From positions 1,550,001-1,614,000 of the forward strand of contig CM102286.1 of assembly GCA_046563655.1 (NCBI GenBank): a DNA stretch of 64,000 nucleotides. The letters are read 5' to 3'. The position numbers and the translations under genes are program-made. The notes under the pieces were generated by a model. It was given only the letters and a program-made list of their open reading frames with translations. It ran no database searches and had not been told where the DNA came from. This DNA comes from Yuukianura sp. NJ FZ-2021 (Eukaryota). Below, piece by piece: positions 23,114-35,453 of this stretch. Positions within the stretch are counted from its first letter, which is position 1. Every line of letters starts with the position of its first letter.

Positions 23114-25595
23114 CTACAGTTCATCTTTGGTTGAATCCAAAATTTTGGCGCCAAGATGATGTTGCTCTTCCCAGAATTTCATACGTTCGCGGAACGGATT
23201 GACGTGGATGAACGGATCTTCTGCGATATTAAAAAATTTCAATTCGTTTGTTTCCGCGTCTTGGTTTGTAACTGTGGTTGCTTCAATCCGTTTCCCAAAA
23301 GGAATAATAAGCTTCCTAAGCAAAACAAAGTTAAGTTAGATTCTGTAGCGAGACTCTTCATAAGTTTAAGATTGAGAAATGTTGCCATGAATGTTACCCG
23401 TTTTTCACAAACGTTGCCACCATAGACACAAATTTTTTCGAAAATTCAATGTCCCGCTCAAACTTCAATTCTCCGACGTCTGAGAATTTTCTGCCTTTTG
23501 AACTTCCCGTGGGACTGAACATGAACGACAATTCCTCAGAGTGACTCACATCTAAAATATTATCATCATTTTCAAAATTTCCCGCGCAAGAATGATGAAC
23601 TACACTCATTTCTAAGCTTATATGTCGCCAGAGGGCGTGGCCCAACGTACATGACACTTTGTCCAGAACTCCAAAGGAAGAGACTGGACTGTAGTCGTCT
23701 GACCTCTTATAGGTGAAGAGACCCAAGTACACAGGAAGATGACGACTAAAAAGTTTAGCTGATTTGAGGATTCCCGGCATAAACCAAATGTCACTGTACA
23801 GTTCAATTAGTTTTTGCTCATGCGTGGATTCAATAGTTTGACCGCCAAAGTAAAACTGACGCATGGCTTTTGAAACTTCTTCTTTTCTGGACATCAGAGC
23901 AGGAAATTTTTCAAATTGAAATGTGATTGGGTCAATTGTTGATGCATGGTCGTTTAACTCTTTCAACACAGCGGCATTCCTTATCAAATCTTCAAAAAAA
24001 AATTGTTTTTCCAAAATCAGAAACTTTTTTAATTTAAAATGTGTTTACGTGAAGCAAAAATCCCGCCTTCGTCTTTGACTGTTGTTAGAAACAGCGGTAC
24101 TTTCGAAAATTTTCCTTCGTGCATGAGCTGTTCTGGAGATTTTTCCAAAAATGGCTCCGGATTTCTTGAACTTTTGACTTCAATTGATGGCGCCAATCGG
24201 AAGTGGTCAAAGTACCATTGCTAGATTGTTAAAAATGCATAATTTATACATTTTATTATATAAATATTATTTAAATTATTATATAAATATATAAATATTA
24301 ACATAAACCTACGGTATTTGACTTACAGCAAGTGACTTCTGTGTCAACATGAGTTTGTCAAGCGGTGCTCGTCTTAAGCACTCTACAAGCTCTATGCTAT
24401 TTTCAGTATCGCATTTTAAGTGATTCCCAAAATATTTAGTCGTCGGCATCAAGTTTTCCGTAAAATGGGCTGGATTCAGCGGTGATCCAGATTGGCAGTA
24501 AGCGCCATGGAACAGTCCTGGAACGTTTACGGTATTTCAGAATAAATTTTCAAAATTTCGAATTTCCCGCCTGGGCATCAACTCACCTTGTGCCATTGGA
24601 GAAATCATCAAGTACTGGGCAGAGCCACACCCAGCAGAGTTTCCACTGATTGTTACCCGGTTTTTATCTCCACCAAAAGCTCCTATGTTTTCTTGTACCC
24701 ATTTCAATGCTAAAAGTAAACAAACAAAAAGCGGGAATATCAAAAGCGCCTAATCAGTTTAAATTTAGGCGCTTCAACAACTTTCTTTAAGAAATTAAAG
24801 GTCAAGGTCAAATTTACTTTAAAATTTTAAATTATTTGAAAATAAAACATGAAAAGGAACTTACCTAAAACTTGATCTTTGAAACCATTGTTTCCGCTTA
24901 CCGTTCCATCATCCGTGTTCAAAAAACCTGAAACCAATTGTGAGAAGATAATAGATTTCAAATTTTGAAATTGGCGCCAAAGTGTTAATTCGGGTTTGAT
25001 TACCGAGAATGCCAAGACGATAACTCAACGTCACGACGACAAGGTCTTCATCCACTAAAAACTTGCCGCCATATTCCAGAGTTGATCCGATCGTGTATCC
25101 ACCGCCATGAATGTAAACGAGAACTGCTCGTTTCTGGTCATCAGCCTGTGAAAACCGCTTGCTAGTACGCATGCCTAGAAATACTTAAAAGTTCATAAAC
25201 TCTTACTTTTGGTGTAAAAACGTTAAGGTAGAGGCAGTCTTCGACTCCACTGACAGGCGTTTCTTCCAGCATCGTTATTTGTGCACAGTGTGGCCCGAAC
25301 TTTGTCGCGTCCTTGACACCAGTCCAACTCTCAGCAGGAAGCGCCATCTTTTTAAAACTCAAAAATTCAAAATTGTGCAAATTATTTGTTGATAAATTTT
25401 GAAACTTACGTCAAATCGTTCGGGAATCCTTCCATATTGAATTCCCAAGTAAGATTCGAATTGGTTTCCATTTCGTGAAGTTTCATAGACACCTCGCAGT
25501 GTTCCCAACGGTGTATGTGCCAACGGGTTTTCTGCTGCGTATGCCAGCGGGAATGTTGACGTGATTAAAATCAAAATATGTCTTGCGAAAACCAT
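23114..25595 (-). CDS. Type-B carboxylesterase, about 9 exons, with signal peptide and C-terminal KDEL
   Basis: Motifs [55 protein letters not shown] and the nucleophile elbow GNSAG. Also TTVKDEG (acid), VSHSEEL (His) and a STKDEL end. Confidence 0.93.
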
Positions 25596-26527
25596 TATTT
25601 CAATGATTCAAAATTTCCATTTACTATTGCAATAGTCGAGCGTACCAACTGAACTTTAGCAGCAGGATTGAACTACTCCAACCAGGACTTCTTGGCAGAC
25701 TGAAAGATTAAAACAAACCTATGACATTTTTTGACACTTGGACCACTTTAGTATAATTATTTTGTTCTTAACGAGTTACAAGGTCATCAAGCAAACCAAC
25801 ATGATTGCATAAGTAAGTATTACAGTTACAAAAAATAACATTTATAGCCGATGCATTAGTAAAAACTCCTGACCACCACAGCTTCCTTTTGCCTTTAGAT
25901 TATCGTAAACAACATTCATTTTAAGTTTTTATCCTTTTTTATTTTTTAATTGCTCGTTAGTAACTGTATCGGTTAAGTAAAATAGTAGAAAATTTTAAAA
26001 CTCGGTTAATAATTAATACAAATTGCTGCTTATATACTTGGAAAATATTTCCACAAAATAGATGAAATATTTAAATATCAAATACTGAATAATCAAAAAT
26101 CCTAAAATATTTACTTTTAATTAACATTAAGGGCATAGGGAAATCAAGAAATATTTAGTAATAAAGAAGCCCAAAAACTTCTTTTTTAATGAGGATCTGC
26201 TAATTTTGAAGAAGCCCAAACTACTGATTTTACTAACATTCGCTAATATGGAAGCAAAATATTTTTTCCATTAATTAAGCACTTAATTAGTACTAAGTAA
26301 TGAATGAAAAATATTTGTTGCCCAACTCTGAATGTGGTGCGTTGAGGACAATTGAGTAGCTGTTTGTCAAGTTGAACTTTTCGGCACTCTCCCTCCGGAA
26401 CTTGGTGCGTACAGGCGGGAACGAGGCACGTGCTCATTGTCGAAGTTAATTGTTTGTTGATTAACGTTAACGAATTAATTGATTTACCAATCTCAGGAAG
26501 AGGATCGACAGATAAAGGACAAGGAAG

Positions 26528-29131
26528 ATGGAGAATGGGAGCGACGGCAGTAGTCAATTGGGGCAGACAGATCAGCTGAATCGGGAATTCATAGAGGAAT
26601 TTTGGCACGTCGCACAAGAGGCGAAGTTGAAATCCAAAAGTTCTCCTGTTTCGCACATGATTAAATTCTTCTTGAAGGATGGCGCTAGAAGGTAATTCGT
26701 TATAAATTATGATCACAATTAAACTTAATGGATTACGCGAAGTACAATTACATTGGTCATTTACTTATTTTTGTATTTGAATACTTAGATGCAAAGTGGA
26801 GTCTTGGGTTGATGCCAGAACGGAACAGGATGAAAATGCTGCCAAGAAGCAGAAATCAGTAGCTGAGAAGAGCAATGCAAGGGGTGTGGCTTTGTTTGTG
26901 AAACCAGACGATCCAGGAAAACCGGAGCGGCTAAAGAAGTGTCTCGAAGAATTCAACACTGCAATTTGTCATAGTTCGTTTTCAGATGAGGGGGACCGAA
27001 TCGAGGCATCGAAACGGTTTGCCAATCGTTCTGCTGCATTTTTTGATATGGAGAGATACGGGGAATCGTTGAAGGATATTGAAGTGGCACTCAGACTCGG
27101 GTACCCTTTCCCGCCTAAAGTGTGGATCCGAAAAGCCAAGGTACTTTTGGCACAAGAGAAGTACAAGGAAGCCCGTGAAGCTGTGACATTCATCAAACAA
27201 TGTCTTACCTTGAATGAACTGGAATTGGAGAAAGTTCAGGAATTAGTCAAGCGTTTAGTACGTGGAGAAAAGAGGGCAAGCAAGCCAGGTTATAAGCGCG
27301 ACTACGACGATCCGGACGTGGACCATCATAATTCACGTCGATATAATCGAAAACCATTTGTTGAAAACCCGGCTTTTGAACATGCAGCAAACTCAATTAA
27401 CATTGTTTTTAATCCTGAGAAGACACGACACGTCGTTGCATCGGAAGACGTTGAAGCTGGAGATATTTTGTTTGATGAGATTCCGTTTGCCTCGATTCTT
27501 TTGCCAGATTGTATTCCTGACTACTGTTACCACTGCCATGCTTATCTCAAAGGCTATTTTGTCCCGTAAGATTTGCTAATTATAATTCCTATTCTTGATT
27601 AGCAATTTCAAAAAACTTTGTGTTACGTTCGTTTTACTTACGTTTTCTTTTCAGATGCAAGACTTGCTCCGAAGTGAAGTACTGCAACGAGGAATGCGGA
27701 TTGGAAGCTGGGAATGAATACCACAACGTGGAATGCGGAAATACTTCATTGCTCAGGAAAGTTGGACTACTGGAACTTGCTACTCGCGTTGTACTTAAAG
27801 CCGGTGTGGATGAAGTTCTGCAAGCAGTTGCAGAAAATGGACCGGACGATACTCTCGGACACCTCCAGTATTCAGTCTTACTGTTTCGGAAACATAATGG
27901 AAATGATCCAACCAATCGCGTTCCATATCTTCGTATCTACTCTCTTCATCATCATTTGGAGAAGATGAATCCACTGGATGTACTGACTTATGCTAAAACT
28001 GCTGCTGGAATTACGTCTTGGCTGCAACGGAAAACGTCGTTTTTCAAAGGGAGGACTGAGGATGAGGTTTTCACTGTCGGTGGAGCCATTATTCGACATC
28101 TTGCTCAATTAATCTCGAATGCTCAACGACTCTATTCGTTCGGACGTGACCTAGGTAATGTTATATTGTCATTCATATAGTTTTTCATGTCAAATGTGTA
28201 AGTAACACGAATGTTAACGGTGAGTTTATATCTGTTACAGGCGGTGGTCTTCTGGACGATGAACGAATCGTAATTGGAAGCGGTATTTACGCCTGCACTA
28301 GTCTGATGAACCACAGTTGTGATCCGAATATTTCAACAAACGTAATTTTGAAACATACTTTGCTTTTTTTCTTGATAAACTTCAGCTTATTTTTTTTAAC
28401 AGTACAAGTACCTACCAGGAGAAGGAAGACGCTTGATCGTGAAAGCTATGACGAAGATTTCAGCCGGAGAAGAAGTGTGCAATTCCTACGGCGTGACCTA
28501 CCGACGACATGACCTTGAAACCCGAAAATCCGGTATGCTGCAGCAGTACTACTTCAACTGTACCTGCAAGAATTGCCAACTTGAAGAAACGACTGGTCGT
28601 AGCTTCTCAGACCAATTTGAATCCCTAAGATGCTCAAATCCTTCCTGTCTCCAGCCAATTCCACTCATTCGTTCCGAAAACGAAAGTGCATCCACTTCCT
28701 GTCCAAAGTGTGCCAACACCATCACCAAGAAGGAGCAAGACACTATTTTGGCAAATGCTGAGCATTTAGTTGAAGAGATGATGGAGATGAATGGAACTCT
28801 GGATTGCCCAATGTTTCAAGACACTTTTCAGATGCTCGAGAAACTACTGCCACCATTTCATGGCCTACTTGGAAAAGCTCATGACTTTGCAGCCAAGACG
28901 CTACTGCGCATGGGTGATCTGGACGGAGCTGTTGTGCATTTGGGCAAAAGCATGTCATATGCTTCTGAACGATTTGGACCAAGTTCAAACGAATTTGGCA
29001 TCGAACTGCGCAAGTATGCTCAAGCGGTGAATATGACTGGAGCAGAGTTGGGATACTTCGGAGAGAAAACGAGGAACTTGACATACGCTGCTGGAAAATA
29101 CTTGGAAAATTATTTTCCATCGACCGACTAA
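26528..29131 (+). CDS. SMYD4: SET and MYND domain lysine methyltransferase, SMYD4-like (5 exons)
   Basis: N-terminal TPR-like region (FANRSAAFF..SLKDIEVALRLGYP), S-sequence RHVVASEDVEAGDILFDEIPFA, and MYND CYHC..CKTC..YCNEEC..H..EC. SET motifs SLMNHSCDPN and EEVCNSYG, post-SET YYFNCTCKNC. First exon 26528-26691 splices in frame. Confidence 0.88.
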
Positions 29132-30916
29132 ATACTAAAAGAATGACAGCACAAGCTTAATTGAATTTTGTTACTTTAAATTGTAACTTGCTTTTCAAGT
29201 ACTTTTTTGAAATACTTTTTGTTATTTACTTCTGAAAACCACAAAAATGAAAGTTTTGAAATTAGAAACAAAAGATTTCTAATTATTTTTGTGGTTGGAC
29301 GAAAATTAATTAATTGACCTACATTTATTATGTTACTGTTGAAATAAAATATTGAAATGAAAAAATGTTGCGAAATGGATGCAAAATTGAATAGTTATTG
29401 CTACGTAGGAGCGATTGAAAGATAATTTCAAGTACACACAACTGAAAGCCAATTTTGATTGATTTCAATTTTGATTCGTTCCGCTTCAAAATTTTGTACT
29501 ATTGAAATTAGTTTTTTGACCAATTTTCTTTTCAATTTTTAAAAATGTGAGTAAAAGTCAATATGAGAGTTCAATCAATTCGTGTTGGATGACAATCACT
29601 TTTTAAGGTTAAAGAAAAACGAAATCAAAAGTTCAATTTTTTTTAGTGTTTTTTTTTAACTTTTTTTTTTAATTTCTGAGCTACCAAGCAACCGCACCAC
29701 CACAAAGGGATGATTTTACGTTTAAATTTTTTATTGTTGGAGGGGGATGATTACGCCAAGAGAGGAACAAAGCGTCGTCAGTCCGAGGGGGATGAAATTC
29801 AAGTTTTTCGTCAACTCTGACTTCATTCTGCTCAAAGTTGTTCGATGATCAACACATTTCAAGAACTTGGTTTAAACAACGTGCTCAACTTACCCCAATT
29901 TGAAAAAAAGTTTTCCATCTTAGTGTTATTTCATATTTTAGTGCTTACTTAAAAAAAATTGAAGCAAGAACGCTGTTCTGCAAAATTTTGACCTCAGTGG
30001 ACTTCATTTTGGTTTCCAAAGTTTGTTAGAAGTTCGCCAGAAAAATTGTCGTCAAGTGTCGGTTTCTTCAATTTCAAAAATTTCATCATCATAAAAAAAT
30101 TTTTGACAAAATTTTTACAAAATTACCAAATCGTAATTTGAAGTTTCCTTTTTTTGTTAAAAATGTTGCAACTGAAGTAACTAGACGAATTCTTCACAAT
30201 CGCAATGGATAGACGAATTGCAGGAGATTTGAAGTAAGTTTCTCTTTCAAAGTTTTTTTCGAAACTATTTTTTTAAAATTGTCCCCCACTAATGTAAATT
30301 TTAACTAAAAATCCAGAGCGGAAGGAAGGTTAAACATGAATGACTTCTAAGAAGCAGTGAACCATGTACAAAAAAAGCACAAGTTCAACTCCATGCTTTT
30401 CTTTCTATGCGGGGGAGGAAATGATCTCGACATGAAATTTCAAAAAACTATAAAATGAAAGCACAGACAGCTAAACCTAATGAACTTTTAGAACAATAGA
30501 ATTCTAGCAATTCAAGTTCAAAATCACGCGAGTACATTTTTCAAAGTTTTTATTTAACAGTAACTCTATCCCTCCCTCGGTAGTTTCAATTTCTGTTGTT
30601 AATGCTGCGTCCTGTCTACCCATTTTTTGTTTCCAGAATAAACTACCACTGGGGTATTCAATGTCAACCTGTTGTAGAACCTCGGTGAACGGAAATTTCA
30701 GGACTATTTTCAAAAAAAAAATTTATGAAAAAGACTTCCATTGTTGAAATACTTGGGGTACAGTAAAATGCGTAACAATTTTTGGAGTTATTAACACGCA
30801 AGGTCCAATTATAGCCTTCTTCCGCTCCGCTCCTGAGTTTTCCGCTTCATGATGGCAGACGGTAAGCGGAGAAATTGGACTGAATGACGCAAACGGGACA
30901 AGAGGGCAGGGATGAC

Positions 30917-30988
30917 ATACGGTACACAGTGTACAAAATAGACATTTTCTGTATACGGTACACAGTGTACAAAATGGACATTTTTTGT
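30917..30988. repeat. 36-bp tandem duplication
   Basis: ATACGGTACACAGTGTACAAAATAGACATTTTCTGT is followed by a copy with 2 mismatches. Confidence 0.85.
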
Positions 30989-33900
30989 AGTAATAAAAAT
31001 AATTTAATGTAATTATTTACTTAAACGGTAGTTGTGTAAAACATAGGTAAAGCCATAAGTCTAATAACAGGACTCCATTGTCCTTTTTGTCCCAAAAATT
31101 TATCTTTTCATTTCTCATATTCTTACAAACATGAGGGAAAAAAAAATTTTTTTTTTTTTGAAGAAAAGCTCAAATTTTGCAAACTTAATTTCAGTAAAAC
31201 CGAAAATTGCTAAGTTATCAAGAGCTTAACTTTTCATAATTTAAAAAAAAATTTCCCGCTAAACAAATTTGAAAGTTTAATCATAACTTAAATCCTGTTC
31301 GAGGCAGTCAAAATTTGAAACGCAGCAGTTTTTTTTTTCAACACAAACTTTTGGGTGTGACATTTTCTTGTTTAGGAAGACGAATTCTTTGGCTTTCTAA
31401 AATCCAAAGTCCCTTGAACTTAATCCGTTTTTTGCAAACGGATTTGCAAAATTTGGCACGTACTTGCTAACTTTTCAAAATTGACAGATGAGGAATTCAG
31501 TGGAGTCAATCTGCGTGAACGAAATTTTTGCAAATCCAAATCTTTTGATGAGTTCATGCGCTTAGATAGGGGTCCCACGTACTCCAGAAATTTGCACATT
31601 AGCCATAAATCTTGTTTGCAAAAATTGAGTTTAAGAGGGGAGGAAGTTGGGATTTTGGTAATTGGAAAAAGTAAAAGTGGACCCGTGGGAACTTACCTTC
31701 CAAAAAACCTGTCCGCAAGAGCACTCACCCTCCACAGTCTTCCTGCTTTATCTGAATTTTGAATCTTCCCGGGCCTACCCTCACAAAAGTCACTCATTTA
31801 CAAACTAAATCCTAAAGTACTAAAAGTGCAAATTCCATTTAAAAGTTCATTTTGTGCAAATTTTGCATTTTTCTCCTACTGCGTTGGTGGTAGGCAGGTC
31901 AACTTCATTTTTCTTGATTGACAACCTCTGCAACGCCCGAGAAATTTCGAAAGTTTGTGCAGATTTTCAAAATTTTGCAATTTCAAAAAAAAATCAATGT
32001 TACGTTTCGCATCTATGTCTCAAAAGTTGCAAAAAACAAGAATCGATAAATGAAAAATCACAAATGGCTTTTGGCTATTCACTTTTTTCAAAAAGTCAAG
32101 AAAAATTATAAATTTTCTCTATAACAATTTCAATTTTCGACACCTTGAGCTAATGGGTGACGCATTTTTTAAAAACCTTCAAAAAATTTGAAAAACGAGT
32201 TTTTCATGCGTTTTTCATTGAAAAAATTAAATTTGAAAACTCTGAACAAGTAATAACTGGATAGGAACAATGTTTCTTGAGAAAACCGGCGAGGGATGAA
32301 ATTCATCCGTCGTCATAGTCGACCAAATTTGCTCCAAATTTTTCCCCTTTCTTCCTAAATTGTCAACATCAAAACGCTGTTCAATTGTCAACTTCTTCTG
32401 AGGCCGTGTCGTCCTCAACCTCCTCCCCTATGCCTTTTCCTCAAGTTTAAACCTACAGATTATCATTAATCATAAACATAAGGAAGAAGATGCTCTAGGT
32501 TCTTATTCTTGTTCAAAAGAAAAAATAACTGTTCCCTACGGCTTCTGAAGCAGCTCATCTTTGGACTCATTCAGTTAAGCCACTGGCCTTTTTTCTCTTC
32601 TTCAATTCAAGACTTCACGAATCTCCTTTTCCGCCAGCCAGATTAACTTTTCTGAATTTTCTTTTTTGAAAATGAACTCCACACATAAAATAATACAAAG
32701 ACTCTCAAAAAATTTAAGCCAAATGGAACATTAAGTCCGATTTGAAATGCGGAAACGCATCCTTGTCTGTTCTATTTAAAGTTTTGTGCATCAGCATTAC
32801 TTTTTAATATCAAATGACTATAAAGACTATAAAAAGTTTAATATCCTTACATTGTATAGAGAAATCGACTAAGGACGACTTAATTTAGACTTTTATAGAA
32901 ATCCAATGGTCATTCATTTGAATCCGTGCGCGGAAAAGAGAAAAGCTTTGACAGGAGCCCTCAGCATCTTTCAAAATGCTTGCTACTTTTTCTTAACAAT
33001 GTCTAAATATATGCCATTGTGCTGCTTTTTAGTATAGTAACTGATTGGAACTAAATCTCGCATGACGCATGCGTATTAAAAAGAGGCTAATAACTACATA
33101 CGATGCTACTAAATCTTTTCCTTTTTCATTCTAAATTGTACTAAAAAAGTTTAAGTGAGGAACATAAAATTTTATTACACACGTTTTGGCCTGTTTTACT
33201 AGAAATTGTAATTTGGGAATCCGGAAATTTTGTAATTTTGAAAATTTTGAAAAAATGGCCGTTGTAGGAAGGAATTTGAAGTTGAGCAATGGGGTAGAAG
33301 GATGCTATTCAAAATCAGCGATCCGAAGCAACCTTAACTTCCGGCCTTTAAGTTGAAAAAACTGAAACCACTGACTGCTTTTGTCACAGACATTAATTCA
33401 TCACTTGAGTCTTTCAAAAAACTATTGAGACAGGATTCTTTTTTTCGTAGAAGTCTGAAGATGCGCGCGCTGCTTCAAATTGTGCAACATTTTGCAATGT
33501 CACTCTCTCAACTATCAACTGCTGCGTATCCTCCTCACTTACAGTTTTAATGGAAATTTAAACAATGACGGGTCTAAAAATTTTCAAACTTATATAGTGA
33601 CCAAATTGAATCAATTCTTTTCTTTTTCCATTTCATTTTTTAGATGTTCTTTTCTTTTTCATTTTTGATGTTTTTCATTTTTATGAAAGTTTGAAAAATG
33701 TGGAAGAAAGCTGCTTATAAAGAATCTTTTTTTAATTAATCAATACATAATAATAAAATTTGGGGTAATAAGAGATTTTCAGCACTTAGAAAATTTTGGA
33801 TTGCGGAAATGAAAATATAACTTTTTGAGGATGTAATGACCATATGAATTTGTGAGGGAAAAAAACTTTCTAAGATTTTAGCTAATTGCTACTGTACTGA

Positions 33901-35453
33901 TTACTTTGTTGGAGATTTGATTTTGATTTGTGATTTGAAATGTAAGAAAATGAGGTTGTCGTGAAATGTATAACATTTTAAATATGTCACGATTCTGTTT
34001 CTAATTGGGCTTCATTTTCAACATTTTGCATAGGGTGATAGGAGGAATGGATAATGGAAGTGTGGTTCTTGGAATAAAAAAATGAAGTTTTTTGGATTTA
34101 TTTTGATTTGCGGTAAAATCCTAATTGTTAATGACAGTAAAAGTTTTTTCTCATTTAGAACGATGAGAACTTTTTTTGTGGTGTATTTTGGCACTCTGTC
34201 GATACTTTTGTATACACGTTTTCCTCTTATTGTTGCTTTTCCATTTGTAATTTTTTTGAAATCCTCATTTTGAAAAGGAGGTGTTCGGATTAAGAATTTT
34301 GTCTAAACTCTTGCAAATTTGAAACAATTTTTGGAATTTTGTTTTTTTCTTACTATTTTTTTTCTATGTGAGGTATCTGCAGTTTGTATTTGGAATGTCA
34401 TGAATGAAGAGATTGAGGGCGCAGTCATAAGTCATCCAGCCACTTGGAACTATCGGCCACTAACATCTTAAACTTAGGTGTGAAATTAGTTCAATGTCAC
34501 ATCAATTAAATCTCAACTCAACACTTCAAATAACTTAAAAACAACAACATGTTTTACAGCAACCACTTTTTAAAAAAACTGTTTAAAAACAACAAAAAAT
34601 GTAATAAACATTATGAAGAATGGAGCTTAACGTGAAATTTGTTATGATCTCTCCCAGAAAGGAAGAAGATACAGGAAAGGAGATGGTGACAGGCGATTTA
34701 GTAACGCTCAATCGGAAGACAAATTACTCAAAATGAATCAGAAATTAAGAATCATGCGCAACGATACTGATTGAGGCTTCTTCCTAATGTTGACTTTAGA
34801 CATTTTGCTATTAGTCAATTTTAAACTAACTTTATACACTCCGTAGAACAATTACTTTCTTATGACAATGAGAAATTACGAAAAGAGACATTGAGGCATA
34901 GCCAATTTTTCAAATCAATTGTTTCGTCTTTCTTTGCTAAAGTTTCAATCACAGTCAGAGTTTTTACTTTCAGTTTCTAAAATTTCAAAATCTTTAAGCA
35001 GTTTTCCGGAAGTTGTCCTATTTCCCAGAAAGTTTAAACTTTCGCGGGTTGTTGCCTACCAAACCACTTTTCCTGTCGATTGAAGTTGTGATTGGGTGAT
35101 TAGTAAGTTGAAGGTTGTGTTTAGTGATTATTCCTTGGAAAGGTGCCATTAAAAACCTGAATTTTGTTATAAGAATGAGGAACTGTTTTTAATTCTCGGG
35201 TCTCGGGATTCATCAAATCCAATTTACTTGTTTCTTCCTTTCGAAATTTCGTGCTCTGTCGCCCATATTTTGGCGGCAAATTACAAAAACCAAAACAAAA
35301 AAAACTTTGTTCCTTACGATTTATTACCGTTCCACTCCAACCTCCGTTAGATTCTTGATTTTGAAAAATTTTAGCAAGAAAGTAGAGATTTTTTAATTAA
35401 ATTTTGTTTCTTAACTTTTTTTTAGATTTTGAAATGCCCTCCAAAGGTTCATC

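Noticed and set aside
26243..26716. 157-aa minus-strand ORF
   Set aside because: Antisense shadow of SMYD4 exon 1 and its 5' region, with no domain.
31635..31792. Possible short element with GAGGG...CCCTC termini
   Set aside because: The inverted match is too degenerate, with no TSD or clear second copy.
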